This document shows positions 8,469 to 17,899 of a DNA stretch of 64,000 nt, piece after piece (positions within the stretch are counted from its first letter, which is position 1; the number at the start of each line of letters is the position of its first letter). Position numbers and translations under genes: made by a program. This DNA comes from an uncultured Gammaproteobacteria bacterium (GTDB lineage Bacteria; Patescibacteriota; Patescibacteriia; Magasanikbacterales; GWA2-37-8). Location of the stretch: assembly GCA_964444705.1 (NCBI GenBank), contig CAYUHX010000002.1, positions 22,869-86,868 of the forward strand, given 5' to 3'. Below the pieces are notes generated by a model that saw only the letters and a list, made by a program, of their open reading frames with translations, did not search any database and was not told the DNA's origin.

Positions 8469-9452
8469 TTATTTTTTGAGTTCAGCGTCAATTGCTTGCT
8501 GAAAATCAGAGAGCGGTCGTGCACCGACGACGAGTTTGCCATTTACAAATGTGGCCGGAGTTCCTTGGACACCTTTCGCTACACCTTCTTGGTAATCTTG
8601 TTGCACTTTAGCAGTGAATTTTCCAGAATCAAGACAGGTGTTAAATGTGGTGGCGTTGAGACCAATTTCTTTCGCCCATTGTTTTAAGGATTCAAAGCTT
8701 AGTGCCTGTTGATTTTCAAACACCTTGTCGTGGAATTCCCAGAATTTGTTTTGCTCACCAGCACATTCAGATGCCTCAGCTGCTTTTATCGCATAGGGAT
8801 GAATTTCGCTTAAAGGAAAATGTTTGTAGACGATACGAACTTTGTTGCCATAGGTGGCGGCAATTTGTTTGAGCGTGGGGTAGTGGCGGCTGCAGTAAGG
8901 ACATTGAAAATCAGAAAACTCAACCAAGGTTACAGGCGCATTAAAGCTGCCGAGGATATGATCTTCTTTGGTAATGGTGAACGATTGTACTGGTGGTGGT
9001 GTGTTCGCGTCAGCACCGCTTGGTTGTGGTTGAGCTTGTGCCTGCCCGTTAGGAATAGCGATGGTGTTTGTGCTTGGTCGACGCAGGAGTACTACCGCGA
9101 GAGTGATGTTGATGATCAGCGAGAGTATGCTGAACGCACTCAAAAAACCAACGAACATAAGAGCGGCGGGTGATAAGCTCCAGATGCCATTGTGGGTTGG
9201 GGTAGAGGAAGGGGTTGACATAGGTGAAGGGGTTGGGTCAATTTTTAATGTTTCGTAGGGGCCCGTTTTATGCACGGTGGTTAGAATTACATTTTCGTTC
9301 ACGATGGTTTCATCGTAAGCAGCGGCACCTTTTTTTGATTCAAAATTTACTTTGGCATTGAGCACGCCAGGAATTTGTTTAAGCATTTTCTCAAGCTGCG
9401 CTGCGCCGGCGAGATCAGCAAGGCCAATGATTTGAAACGTGACTTTTTGCAT
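8469..9452 (-). CDS. DsbA-like oxidoreductase with N-terminal cysteine-less HMA-like domain and TM anchor
   Basis: C-terminal FQCPYCSRHYP active site with KHFPL. The N-terminus MQKVTFQIIGLADLAGAAQLEKMLKQIPGV has an HMA-like fold lacking the CxxC. A central TM helix is present. Confidence 0.65.
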   Translation of the reverse strand: MQKVTFQIIGLADLAGAAQLEKMLKQIPGVLNAKVNFESKKGAAAYDETIVNENVILTTVHKTGPYETLKIDPTPSPMSTPSSTPTHNGIWSLSPAALMFVGFLSAFSILSLIINITLAVVLLRRPSTNTIAIPNGQAQAQPQPSGADANTPPPVQSFTITKEDHILGSFNAPVTLVEFSDFQCPYCSRHYPTLKQIAATYGNKVRIVYKHFPLSEIHPYAIKAAEASECAGEQNKFWEFHDKVFENQQALSFESLKQWAKEIGLNATTFNTCLDSGKFTAKVQQDYQEGVAKGVQGTPATFVNGKLVVGARPLSDFQQAIDAELKK

Positions 9453-9483
9453 AGGCAAAAATAAATAAAAAAATAAATTAATA

Positions 9484-11058
9484 TTATAAGGCTTCAATCA
9501 CTCCGTTATACATTCCCATCGAGCAACTAAATTTGTATTTTCCTGGTCGCGTTACTTCAAATTCCTTCACACTCGTTTCTCCCTGGCGTAAAATTATTTT
9601 ATCGTTAAACAGCTCCCTGGCGATAATGACATTTTCACAGCCGCCGGCTCCTTGATCGGTAATTTCCCAGCGCACTGGTTTTCCAGTACGGATTTTAAAG
9701 TAATTAGGAGAATAGGCTCTCGGTATGGCGTTCATTTTGAGAAGTTGTTTTCCGTTGATGAGTGGAGCAAAGGCAGTGCCATCGTCTGCACGAGTGTGTA
9801 CACCAAAAGATAGATCGTTTAGGCTTGGTAATCCGAGTAGATTAAATTCAGAATTGATGGTGTAAAGAGAAAAAAAGAGTACCACAAATCCGGCAACTAA
9901 AGAAAAATAGCGTGAGAAGCGCGGAGTGGAAGCAAAAGAAATACTGCCAAGACCAATTGTAAGCAGAGTGGGGAGGGTGCCTAGGGCAAAGAAAAACATG
10001 ATGAGCCCACCGTGCCAGGCTGCGCCAGAGATAAGTGCAATTCCTTGAACAATGAGAGTGAAGCCACACGGAAGAAAAAAAGTGGCTGCGCCCAAAAAGA
10101 ATGGCATCAATCGACCAGCAAAATTTTTTTCGTCAGTAAGTTGTGTGGTAAATTTTTTTGGCAAATGAAGTTGTATTTTTTGAAAAAAAGGAATTTCTAA
10201 CATTTGCAACGCAAGCACGATCATTAAGAGTGAAACAAAAATAGTGAGAATAGAAGTGGTGGTAAGAGAAGGTGAAATGAGATTTCCTACTGTTCCAAGA
10301 ATCATTCCACCAAGACCATAAGCGGTGAGACGCCCCGCATTAAAAAGTAGGTGAGGTTGCATCCGGCGAAGACTTGAGACCTCGTTACCGTAGGTGGAAG
10401 ACCACTTTTTTGACAAAGAAAGTACGAGCCCGCCTACCAGAGCCGCGCAGGTAGAAAAACTTGCGATAAGACCAAAGATGGTAAAAGAAAAAAGTGAAGA
10501 GGTGTTCGTGAGGGAAAGTCGTGATGCCAATCCTTGAGTGTTTAACCACAAGAAACTAATAAGAAAGATAAATGCGATACAAAAAGCGCGCCACCATTCT
10601 TTGTCTAAAAAAGGCTGGGTCTTTTTTTGAGAGAGAGAAAAATGATAACCCTCATTTTTAAAAAGAGTATCAAGGGAACTGATTTCTGGTGCCGTGCCCG
10701 AGTGAGTGATGGTAAGCGTGCCGTGTGTAGTTGAGGCCTCAACGAGATGCACTCCCGGCAGAGTTGAGATTTTTTTCTCAAGTATGATTTCACAGGCGGC
10801 GCAGTGGAGGCCGGTGACAAAGTACAGCTGTTGTGCAGTAGCTGCAATCTCCTCTTTTTGGAAAGAAATGTTTTTTTCTCGAAGAAGGGTGAGAACTGAA
10901 TTCTTGGCGGTTTCAGAAGCAAAAGAAACAAAACAGCGATTTTTTTTGGGATTAAAACGTATTTCTTTCACTTCTCCAAGAACAGAGAGTTCGGTTTCAA
11001 GAGAAGTGCTGACCTCGACGGAAAGAGGGGGTTCAAAATGCAAAATAATGTGTGTCAT
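9484..11058 (-). CDS. HMA domain - CcdA/DsbD-like (or TauE-like) transmembrane - C-terminal cupredoxin-like domain protein
   Basis: N-terminal GLHCAACEIIL (HMA MxCxxC). About 8 TM helices with conserved Cys in TM segments (FSTCAAL, FLPCGF). C-terminal beta-rich region ends ...KYKFSCSMGMYNGVIEAL. Confidence 0.6.
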   Translation of the reverse strand: MTHIILHFEPPLSVEVSTSLETELSVLGEVKEIRFNPKKNRCFVSFASETAKNSVLTLLREKNISFQKEEIAATAQQLYFVTGLHCAACEIILEKKISTLPGVHLVEASTTHGTLTITHSGTAPEISSLDTLFKNEGYHFSLSQKKTQPFLDKEWWRAFCIAFIFLISFLWLNTQGLASRLSLTNTSSLFSFTIFGLIASFSTCAALVGGLVLSLSKKWSSTYGNEVSSLRRMQPHLLFNAGRLTAYGLGGMILGTVGNLISPSLTTTSILTIFVSLLMIVLALQMLEIPFFQKIQLHLPKKFTTQLTDEKNFAGRLMPFFLGAATFFLPCGFTLIVQGIALISGAAWHGGLIMFFFALGTLPTLLTIGLGSISFASTPRFSRYFSLVAGFVVLFFSLYTINSEFNLLGLPSLNDLSFGVHTRADDGTAFAPLINGKQLLKMNAIPRAYSPNYFKIRTGKPVRWEITDQGAGGCENVIIARELFNDKIILRQGETSVKEFEVTRPGKYKFSCSMGMYNGVIEAL

Positions 11059-11076
11059 AGCAGTGTGAGAATCTTT

Positions 11077-12045
11077 TTAGTGCGAACGGTTTGAAGAACA
11101 AGTTGTTACTTTATCCCATGATGAAAACAAAAGAGGAGTGCTGAGAGTTTGATTAAAGGTGCATTGATGCACTGTCGAAGAAGGTGTTTGGCGGGCAAAA
11201 ACGAGGGGAATAAAAGCTTGGGCAAAAAGTAAAATGCTTGCTATGACCGCAAAAATTGCATACCCAATTTGTCGGAAAGAATGGGGCGTAGCTTTGGTTG
11301 AATTAGTGAGGCGGTCGATGCGAGCTTCGAGCGTCGAAAAAGCAGCCGTGGTGCTCGTAGAAAAAAATGACGTACCTCCAGTTGAAATAATTTTGAGCAG
11401 TGCGCTTCCTAGGGTGTGGGGGGAAACCTCTTTGAGGGCGCCATTGTCGGCCGCAAATTCATGAGCAAGTTCCATTTTTTTAAGAAGGAGTTCGCGTGCA
11501 GGGATATACCACCAGAGTGCTAAGAGGCTGCGCAGTAAAAGTGTGCGGAGGGGATGTTTTTCTTCTTGATGAATTTTTTCGTGCGTGAGAATAGCGGTGA
11601 TTTCTGAAGGGGTGCAGTGTTGAAGTATTCCTTTTGAGAGATAAATGGTAGGTCGAAAAAAACCAATCGTGCAGGCAAAAGAACGTTCGTCATTGGGTAC
11701 ATACACTTGAATATTTGGGGAGGTAAAAGATGCGCTAAAGCTATGGGCGCGAAGTCGTCGTTCAAGACGCGCAGAACGCCAGATTTCAATGAATAAAGAA
11801 TATACTGCGAATATAAGACCGCTTCCAATGAGAAAGAGAGTAGCTAAGAGAGCGCGGTGTCCAGAGCTGATTAAAAAAGAGGTAAAAGAACTAAAGATTC
11901 CTTGGCAGCAAGAAGCAAGAAAATTTTGCCACTCAGTGCGGAGGTAGGTGTTGCCAAAAAAAAGCGCTTTTGCGCCGAGTGCAATTGTGGTTACCAGAAA
12001 AAAAATAAGAATTTTTTGTAGAGAGATGCGTTTGAAAAAAATCAT
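11077..12045 (-). CDS. BlaR1-type M56 family membrane metallopeptidase (sensor-transducer, no penicillin-binding domain)
   Basis: TM helices plus HEKIH (HExxH) zinc motif in M56 context. Directly downstream of a BlaI-family repressor. Confidence 0.65.
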   Translation of the reverse strand: MIFFKRISLQKILIFFLVTTIALGAKALFFGNTYLRTEWQNFLASCCQGIFSSFTSFLISSGHRALLATLFLIGSGLIFAVYSLFIEIWRSARLERRLRAHSFSASFTSPNIQVYVPNDERSFACTIGFFRPTIYLSKGILQHCTPSEITAILTHEKIHQEEKHPLRTLLLRSLLALWWYIPARELLLKKMELAHEFAADNGALKEVSPHTLGSALLKIISTGGTSFFSTSTTAAFSTLEARIDRLTNSTKATPHSFRQIGYAIFAVIASILLFAQAFIPLVFARQTPSSTVHQCTFNQTLSTPLLFSSWDKVTTCSSNRSH

Positions 12046-12046
12046 A

Positions 12047-12475
12047 CTAGTGTGGGTCGAGAGTATCTACAAATTGTTTTAATTTTTTTACTGTTTCTTC
12101 GTCAAGCTCATTTTTCATATCGGCAAAATGAGCGACACTGAAAAGTGATGGATCATGGATGAGAGCACGTAGAAAATGGTGTGCAATCATTTTAGTAAAG
12201 TCTTTGTACGATATTGTGGCGTGGTATAAAAATACACCTTCTTTTTTTTCTTTAGCCAAAAGTTTTTTCTCCACTAGACGGTTCATGACGGTCATGGTGG
12301 CGTTGGTTGAGAGTGGTTTGTAGGCGTGGTGCAAGATGGTGCGCACACCTTGAACTCCTAAACCTTCTTTGTTTTCCCAAATGGCGTGCATGATTTTGGC
12401 TTCCAGTTCACCGAGTACTTTGCCTACTCCTTCTGCGCGGGGGTGGAAAAGCGAAGGAATGAATGAAGTCGCCAT
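12047..12475 (-). CDS. BlaI/MecI/CopY-family transcriptional repressor
   Basis: Winged-helix penicillinase-repressor pattern (MHAIWE...TILHHAYKPLSTNATMTVMNRLVEKKLL). No C-terminal Cys cluster, so BlaI-like rather than metal-binding CopY. Confidence 0.7.
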   Translation of the reverse strand: MATSFIPSLFHPRAEGVGKVLGELEAKIMHAIWENKEGLGVQGVRTILHHAYKPLSTNATMTVMNRLVEKKLLAKEKKEGVFLYHATISYKDFTKMIAHHFLRALIHDPSLFSVAHFADMKNELDEETVKKLKQFVDTLDPH

Positions 12476-12501
12476 AGGGAAAAATAAAAAACAACACCCT
12501 T

Positions 12502-12530
12502 ATAATACTACAGTGTGTAGTGTGATACAA
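12502..12530 (-). promoter_or_regulatory. promoter (TTGTAT-17-TATTAT on minus strand) with embedded TACA-N3-TGTA dyad (candidate BlaI-family operator, 12509..12519)
   Basis: Minus-strand reading cTTGTATcacactacacactgtagTATTAT. The spacer contains TACACACTGTA, which resembles the BlaI/CopY TACAnnTGTA box. Confidence 0.4.
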
Positions 12531-12590
12531 GATGACTCGTGTGGATAAGAAAATATTCTTTTAACAGACACGGGTCGGTGTGTAAGAAAA

Positions 12591-13397
12591 TTAAATGCGA
12601 GCACTTATTTTTTCTACCTGGGCGAGTAATTCAGCGTTGGAATATTGGGTGCGATCAATTTTTTGCCATATATTTGACGAGAGAGATTGGTCGTAGGGGC
12701 AAATTCTGCGCACCCAATCAACAAAAGGAGAGATATCGTTGGGGTTTTGTGGGTTGACTCGACTGTATTCAATTATTTCGGTGTTATAAATTCTATCGGT
12801 TGGCGTTTTTGATTTTTCTAGATCGTGGCATTCTTCGGCAGAAAGTCGTTCGATCAGTGTCTGGAAAGTGCGCATTACTTCACCGTGACAGACGATGATA
12901 ATTCGGTTGTCTGTACATTCGCGATGGAGCGTGTTCATAATACCCGCACGAATACGTGTGCAGACCTCGGCCAGTGATTCGCCTTCTGGTGGATACCAAT
13001 AAAAACGATGGAGTGCGCGTTGGCGCAAATGTTCAGGAAAGCGTTCTTGGCGTTCATTTTCAGGCATCACCTCCATTATGCCTTTGTCACGCTCGCGGAG
13101 TCCGTATTCAATTCGCCACGACGCACCATCAAGCTCAAGATGAGCGGCTGTTTCGAGCGCTCGTACGTAGTTGGAGCAGTAGTATCGGTCAAAATGAGTG
13201 TGTCCATTTTCTTTTAGCCATTTTCCGGCAATTTTTGCTTGTTCAATACCAAGTGAAGTTAGCCGCCAACTGGAACCATGGCGATTGCGAAATTCGGGTG
13301 TGAAGGCACTGTTATCACCTTTTCGAGAAAGCTCGTTTGCTTTGTTGCCTTCTGACTCACCGTGGCGAACAAGAACAAGATGAAGAGGGAGGGACAT
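12591..13397 (-). CDS. histidine phosphatase (phosphoglycerate mutase-like) family protein
   Basis: N-terminal LVRHGESEGN (RHGE catalytic motif) and downstream H motif (VCHGEVM). Confidence 0.65.
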   Translation of the reverse strand: MSLPLHLVLVRHGESEGNKANELSRKGDNSAFTPEFRNRHGSSWRLTSLGIEQAKIAGKWLKENGHTHFDRYYCSNYVRALETAAHLELDGASWRIEYGLRERDKGIMEVMPENERQERFPEHLRQRALHRFYWYPPEGESLAEVCTRIRAGIMNTLHRECTDNRIIIVCHGEVMRTFQTLIERLSAEECHDLEKSKTPTDRIYNTEIIEYSRVNPQNPNDISPFVDWVRRICPYDQSLSSNIWQKIDRTQYSNAELLAQVEKISARI

Positions 13398-13430
13398 AGG
13401 TAGTGTGTGGTTACAATAGGCTGAAGAACA

Positions 13431-13454
13431 AAATAACCCTTTGCAGGGTTATTT
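13431..13454 (-). terminator. Rho-independent terminator downstream of recA
   Basis: aaataaccct-ttgc-agggttattt 10-bp stem. Confidence 0.5.
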
Positions 13455-13467
13455 TAAGAGTGGTCTT

Positions 13468-14547
13468 TTATTCAGTGGCGAGAGGTGCTTCCTCAGTAGC
13501 CGCTCCGGGTTCGCCGGTTTCTTCTTCTGGCGGTTCGCCTTTTTCAGTTACTTCCCAGACCGCGTCTTTAATTTGTTTGAGCAATTTGGGGTTTTCGCGT
13601 AAGAATCGTTTGGCACTTTCTCGGCCAACACCAAGTTTTTCTTCTTTAAACATGTAGGAGTTGCCTTTTTTATCTACCACTCGATAGGTGACCGCAGTAT
13701 CAAGCACATCGCCTGAAACAGATATACCTTCGTTATACATGATGTCAAATTCACAGGTTCTAAACGGAGCGGCCACTTTGTTTTTAACCACCTTCACTTT
13801 TACTCGGTTGCCGATAATTTTGTCGCCCTGTTTAATTTGGGCCGCGCGACGAACCTCAACACGCATGGAGGCATAAAATTTTAAGGCCACACCGCCGGTG
13901 GTTGTTTCTGGATTGCCAAACACAATGCCAATTTTTTGGCGGGTTTGGTTGATGAAAATTACGGTTGTTTTAGATTTACTAATAATACCAGTGAGTTTGC
14001 GGAGTGCCTGACTCATAAGACGGGCTTGGAGACCCATGTGTTGGTCACCCATTTCACCTTCGATTTCTGCTTTTGGCACAAGTGCTGCCACCGAGTCGAT
14101 GACAACTACGTCAACCGCATTGGAACGCACCAGTGTTTCCACAATCTCAAGTGCTTGTTCTCCGGTGTCAGGTTGTGAAATGAGAAGCTCGTCAACTTGT
14201 ACGCCAATTTTTTTGGCGTAGTCGGGGTCGAGGGCGTGTTCGGCGTCGACGAAGGCCGCAATGCCGTGCATTTTTTGGGTTTCAGCAACAATGTGTTGTG
14301 CGAGAGTGGTTTTACCACTGGCTTCTGGGCCGTAAATTTCTACAATGCGTCCACGTGGTACGCCACGTACGCCGAGAGCGATGTCGAGTGACAAACAGCC
14401 GGTAGGAATCACATCAACTTGCATGGTTTTGGCTTCGCCAAATTTCATGATTGATCCTTCGCCAAAGCGGGTTTTGATTTGCTCAATTGCGCTTTCGGCT
14501 GCTTTTAATTTTTCTTTTACCTCTTCAGAGATAGATGCTTTCGCCAT
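13468..14547 (-). CDS. recA: recombinase RecA
   Basis: Walker [11 protein letters not shown] and canonical RecA core ([31 protein letters not shown]...[21 protein letters not shown]). Full length. Confidence 0.9.
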   Translation of the reverse strand: MAKASISEEVKEKLKAAESAIEQIKTRFGEGSIMKFGEAKTMQVDVIPTGCLSLDIALGVRGVPRGRIVEIYGPEASGKTTLAQHIVAETQKMHGIAAFVDAEHALDPDYAKKIGVQVDELLISQPDTGEQALEIVETLVRSNAVDVVVIDSVAALVPKAEIEGEMGDQHMGLQARLMSQALRKLTGIISKSKTTVIFINQTRQKIGIVFGNPETTTGGVALKFYASMRVEVRRAAQIKQGDKIIGNRVKVKVVKNKVAAPFRTCEFDIMYNEGISVSGDVLDTAVTYRVVDKKGNSYMFKEEKLGVGRESAKRFLRENPKLLKQIKDAVWEVTEKGEPPEEETGEPGAATEEAPLATE

Positions 14548-14603
14548 AGAAAACAATTAGATTAAAGCTCAAGAACTAAGAATTAAGCAAAAATTAATCG
14601 CGC

Positions 14604-15320
14604 CTAATTCTTTGATCTCGAATCGTCGCCCAAACTCACTGTACCTAAGCCTTTTTTTAATACCACATGACGAGTGAGTGAGCTTGTTTTACTGCCATGT
14701 TTTTTGGCCGCTACCACGGTAATGGTGTTTAAACCTTGAGCCAAATTAATAGTCAGAGAAAAATGACCTTTTTCGTTTACGACAATGTCCTGGCCGTTTA
14801 CTAAAAGTTTTGTCTCTGGTTCAGTACTTCCCTGAATGAGGGTGTTGGCGCTTCCAGTGATCTCGCCCTCGTTTGGGGAAAATAGACTTAATGCAGGCGG
14901 TTTGAGGAGTGTATTTACTTGATTGATTGAATATCCTACAAATAAGACCACAAACCCTGCGATGAGACTGTTTTTTACCAAGAGGGAAATTGATCCAAAA
15001 GGAATTTTAGAGAGCTTGGTGGGAAGTTTGGTGAGAGTCGAAAGACCGTCGAGGCCACCTTGTTGGGTAAGCCTTGTAACACATTCCTCGCTTGAGAGAC
15101 GTAAAAACTCTGCAAGTTGTTTTACGTAGGCCAGTCGATAAAGGCGTGATTTTGGTAACCGAGCGAACGCATTTTCTTCAAGCGCGGTGATGTAGCGAGG
15201 TGAAAGTCGCAATTGCGCAGCAAGTTCGGTCAAAGACATTTTTCTTTGTTCCCGTGCCCGGCGAAATAGTTGACCGATAGTGACCGTTTCTTCTAATTTT
15301 TTAAAACAGAAAATGGCCAT
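14604..15320 (-). CDS. RodZ-like helix-turn-helix membrane protein
   Basis: N-terminal XRE-type HTH (LGQLFRRAREQRKMSLTELAAQLRLSPRYITALEENAF) similar to RodZ, a single TM helix and an extracytoplasmic C-terminal domain. Confidence 0.55.
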   Translation of the reverse strand: MAIFCFKKLEETVTIGQLFRRAREQRKMSLTELAAQLRLSPRYITALEENAFARLPKSRLYRLAYVKQLAEFLRLSSEECVTRLTQQGGLDGLSTLTKLPTKLSKIPFGSISLLVKNSLIAGFVVLFVGYSINQVNTLLKPPALSLFSPNEGEITGSANTLIQGSTEPETKLLVNGQDIVVNEKGHFSLTINLAQGLNTITVVAAKKHGSKTSSLTRHVVLKKGLGTVSLGDDSRSKN

Positions 15321-15379
15321 ACGTCATTTAACTTTTCAAAAATTGCGCAACGACTTTGAGGGATAAAAGAGAAAAGAAA

Positions 15380-17668
15380 CTACGGTGAAGAGTTGGTAGT
15401 GTTGGAAGGTGGGTCAAAAACTGTTCCGCCCGCATCCATGGTTTGTTCGTCTTCAGGTAATTCTTCTTCTGCTTCAGGGCGAAGATGTTCAGTAAACAAC
15501 TCGCGTGGTTTTGCTCCATCAGCCGGTCCTACTATACCAGCTTCTTCTAGTTCGTCAAGCAGACGCGCAGCACGAGCGTAGCCCACTTTTAATCGTCGTT
15601 GGAGCAGGGAAGCGCTGGCTTTTCCTGATTCCACAATTATTTTTTTAGCATCGTCAAACAAAGAATCTTGGGTGTCGCTGGCGCCGCCAAACATATTCAC
15701 GGTGCCAAGTGAGGAGGCTTTCGCCACAATAGATTCGTCGTAAACGGGCGGTTCATCACCTTTCAGATAATTCACCACCTTTTTTAATTCCTCTTCTGAT
15801 ACATAGGCACTTTGTACGCGCCGTGGTTTAGAAAGATCTGCCGTAAGAAATAACATGTCGCCGCGTCCGAGTAATTTTTCAGCACCGGAGCAGTCTAAAA
15901 TGGTGCGTGAATCAATGAGTGACGCCACAGAAAAGGCCATACGTCCAGGAATATTTGCTTTCATAAGACCGGTGATAACCTCAACACTCGGGCGTTGTGT
16001 GGCAACCACGAGATGAATACCCACCGCACGTGCCATTTGTGCCAAGCGAATGATTCCGGCTTCAACTTCACTTGCCGCCATGGCCATGAGATCGGCCAGT
16101 TCATCGATTACAAATACAATGAAAGGCAAGGGTTCGGCTGCTTCTTTGTTGTACGTTCCAATGTCGCGTTTTCCAGCCGCAGCTAAAAGATCAAAGCGAC
16201 GTTCCATTTCACCAATTGTCCATTTAAGTGCATTCACGGTTTTGGCTGGATCGGTAATCACAGGCGTTAACAAATGTGGAATGCCGTTGTAAAGCGTGAG
16301 TTCTACACGTTTGGGATCAACCATGATAAAGCGCAATGTTTCTGGAGTGTTTTGATAAAGAAGGCTGAGAATGAGTGTGTTGATACCCACCGTTTTACCT
16401 GATCCAGTCGCTCCGGCGATGAGTAGGTGAGGCATTTTGGGTAAGTCGGCCAAAATAGTCGTGCCCGATACGTCTTTTCCAACTGCCACATACATGGAGT
16501 GATCACGTTTTTGAAATTCAGGGCTTTCAAATAATTCACGCAAAGAAACCATGGCCACTTTTTGATTTGGCACTTCAATTCCTACCAATGATTGGCCGGG
16601 AATGGGCGCTTCAATACGAAGCGGGTGCGCAGCGAGCGACAAAGCAAGATCGTTTTGGAGGGCGGTGATGCGAGTAAGTTTAATTCCTTTGGCTGGTTTG
16701 AGTGAATACTGTGTCACCGTGGGCCCCACACGCACTTCGCCCATTTCTACTTCAATGCCAAAATTTTTGAGCGTCTCTTGAATCATGACGGCGTTGTGGC
16801 GGATATCGCCCGAAGTAGGTTTGCTCTTAGAAGAAACAAGAAGATCGAGTGAGGGAAGAGCTTTCACGTTGCTTGCTTTAGGCACACCCACCGGAATGAG
16901 AGGTTTTGGTTGGGGTAAAGTAGCGGGTTCAGGAGCTGATTTTTTGAGAGTAGCGGCAGATACTGGTTTTCGTTCAAAATGGTGATCTTCAACCGGTTCG
17001 TCTTCTGCGGCGTCGTCGGTCGTTTCTTCATCAGGCACTGTTTCGTGCTCCCCTTTAATACGAAAGGAAACATGATCTTCTTCTTTGTGAAAGACTGTTT
17101 TAGCAGCAGCAAATAGTTGGCTAAAAAACCAACCCACGTACCAAACCAAGCGGTGGGGTAATGATAAAAGACTGGTAAGTGTGGTGTTAAAGATAATAAT
17201 GAGCGCTGCCAGAAATAACCCTGAGAGAATGAGGAGTCCACCCCAATAACCAATAAATTTGGCGAGTGGCCAGGCCAAGAGTAGTCCCACCACACCACCA
17301 CCATAGCCGCTGCGGGCGAGAAGAGGCATCTCTTCGAGCGGTTTAGAAAGGTGAACCAATCCATTGAAGCTCAAAAAAAATAAAATGCCGCCAATGAGTT
17401 GTGCGGGTTGGTAGGTATATTCGGTTTCTTTTAAAAGCAAAATAGCAATAAGGGTAAGTACTGCGGGAAAAACATAGCGCACCTCACCAAACGCAATAGC
17501 CAGAAGAGCGTTGATAAATTCGCCCATCACGCCAGCGTAGGAAAAAAAACTAAGGAGGGCGAGACCGCTTACGATAAATAAAAAAAGAGCCAGCAAGCCG
17601 CGGCTGATTTCGGGGTTAAGGTTAAAGCGTTCAGAAAAAGTTGCTTTTTGTGGGCGAACTCGAGACAT
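15380..17668 (-). CDS. ftsK: DNA translocase FtsK/SpoIIIE
   Basis: N-terminal TM helices, a P/E-rich linker, Walker A GATGSGKTVGIN, and a C-terminal gamma winged-helix domain (LLQRRLKVGYARAARLLDELEEAGIVGP). Confidence 0.85.
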   Translation of the reverse strand: MSRVRPQKATFSERFNLNPEISRGLLALFLFIVSGLALLSFFSYAGVMGEFINALLAIAFGEVRYVFPAVLTLIAILLLKETEYTYQPAQLIGGILFFLSFNGLVHLSKPLEEMPLLARSGYGGGVVGLLLAWPLAKFIGYWGGLLILSGLFLAALIIIFNTTLTSLLSLPHRLVWYVGWFFSQLFAAAKTVFHKEEDHVSFRIKGEHETVPDEETTDDAAEDEPVEDHHFERKPVSAATLKKSAPEPATLPQPKPLIPVGVPKASNVKALPSLDLLVSSKSKPTSGDIRHNAVMIQETLKNFGIEVEMGEVRVGPTVTQYSLKPAKGIKLTRITALQNDLALSLAAHPLRIEAPIPGQSLVGIEVPNQKVAMVSLRELFESPEFQKRDHSMYVAVGKDVSGTTILADLPKMPHLLIAGATGSGKTVGINTLILSLLYQNTPETLRFIMVDPKRVELTLYNGIPHLLTPVITDPAKTVNALKWTIGEMERRFDLLAAAGKRDIGTYNKEAAEPLPFIVFVIDELADLMAMAASEVEAGIIRLAQMARAVGIHLVVATQRPSVEVITGLMKANIPGRMAFSVASLIDSRTILDCSGAEKLLGRGDMLFLTADLSKPRRVQSAYVSEEELKKVVNYLKGDEPPVYDESIVAKASSLGTVNMFGGASDTQDSLFDDAKKIIVESGKASASLLQRRLKVGYARAARLLDELEEAGIVGPADGAKPRELFTEHLRPEAEEELPEDEQTMDAGGTVFDPPSNTTNSSP

Positions 17669-17899
17669 AGAATATTTAAAAGTTATCGTAGTATAGCATG
17701 AATAGACAGCAGATTGTAGATAAACAAAAACAGACTTTACACAAAAGTCTGTTTAGAAGAGCGTGGAGCACGCTCGTGGTAACGTATCTCATCTCATTCC
17801 GCTACATCTGAATTTAAGCTTTAAATTTAGATGTAGGTGGCGGAACGAGGAAGTGGGCTCGAGTGGGGAGAAGCCACCTCGGAGCCGGCGCGGTGGCTC

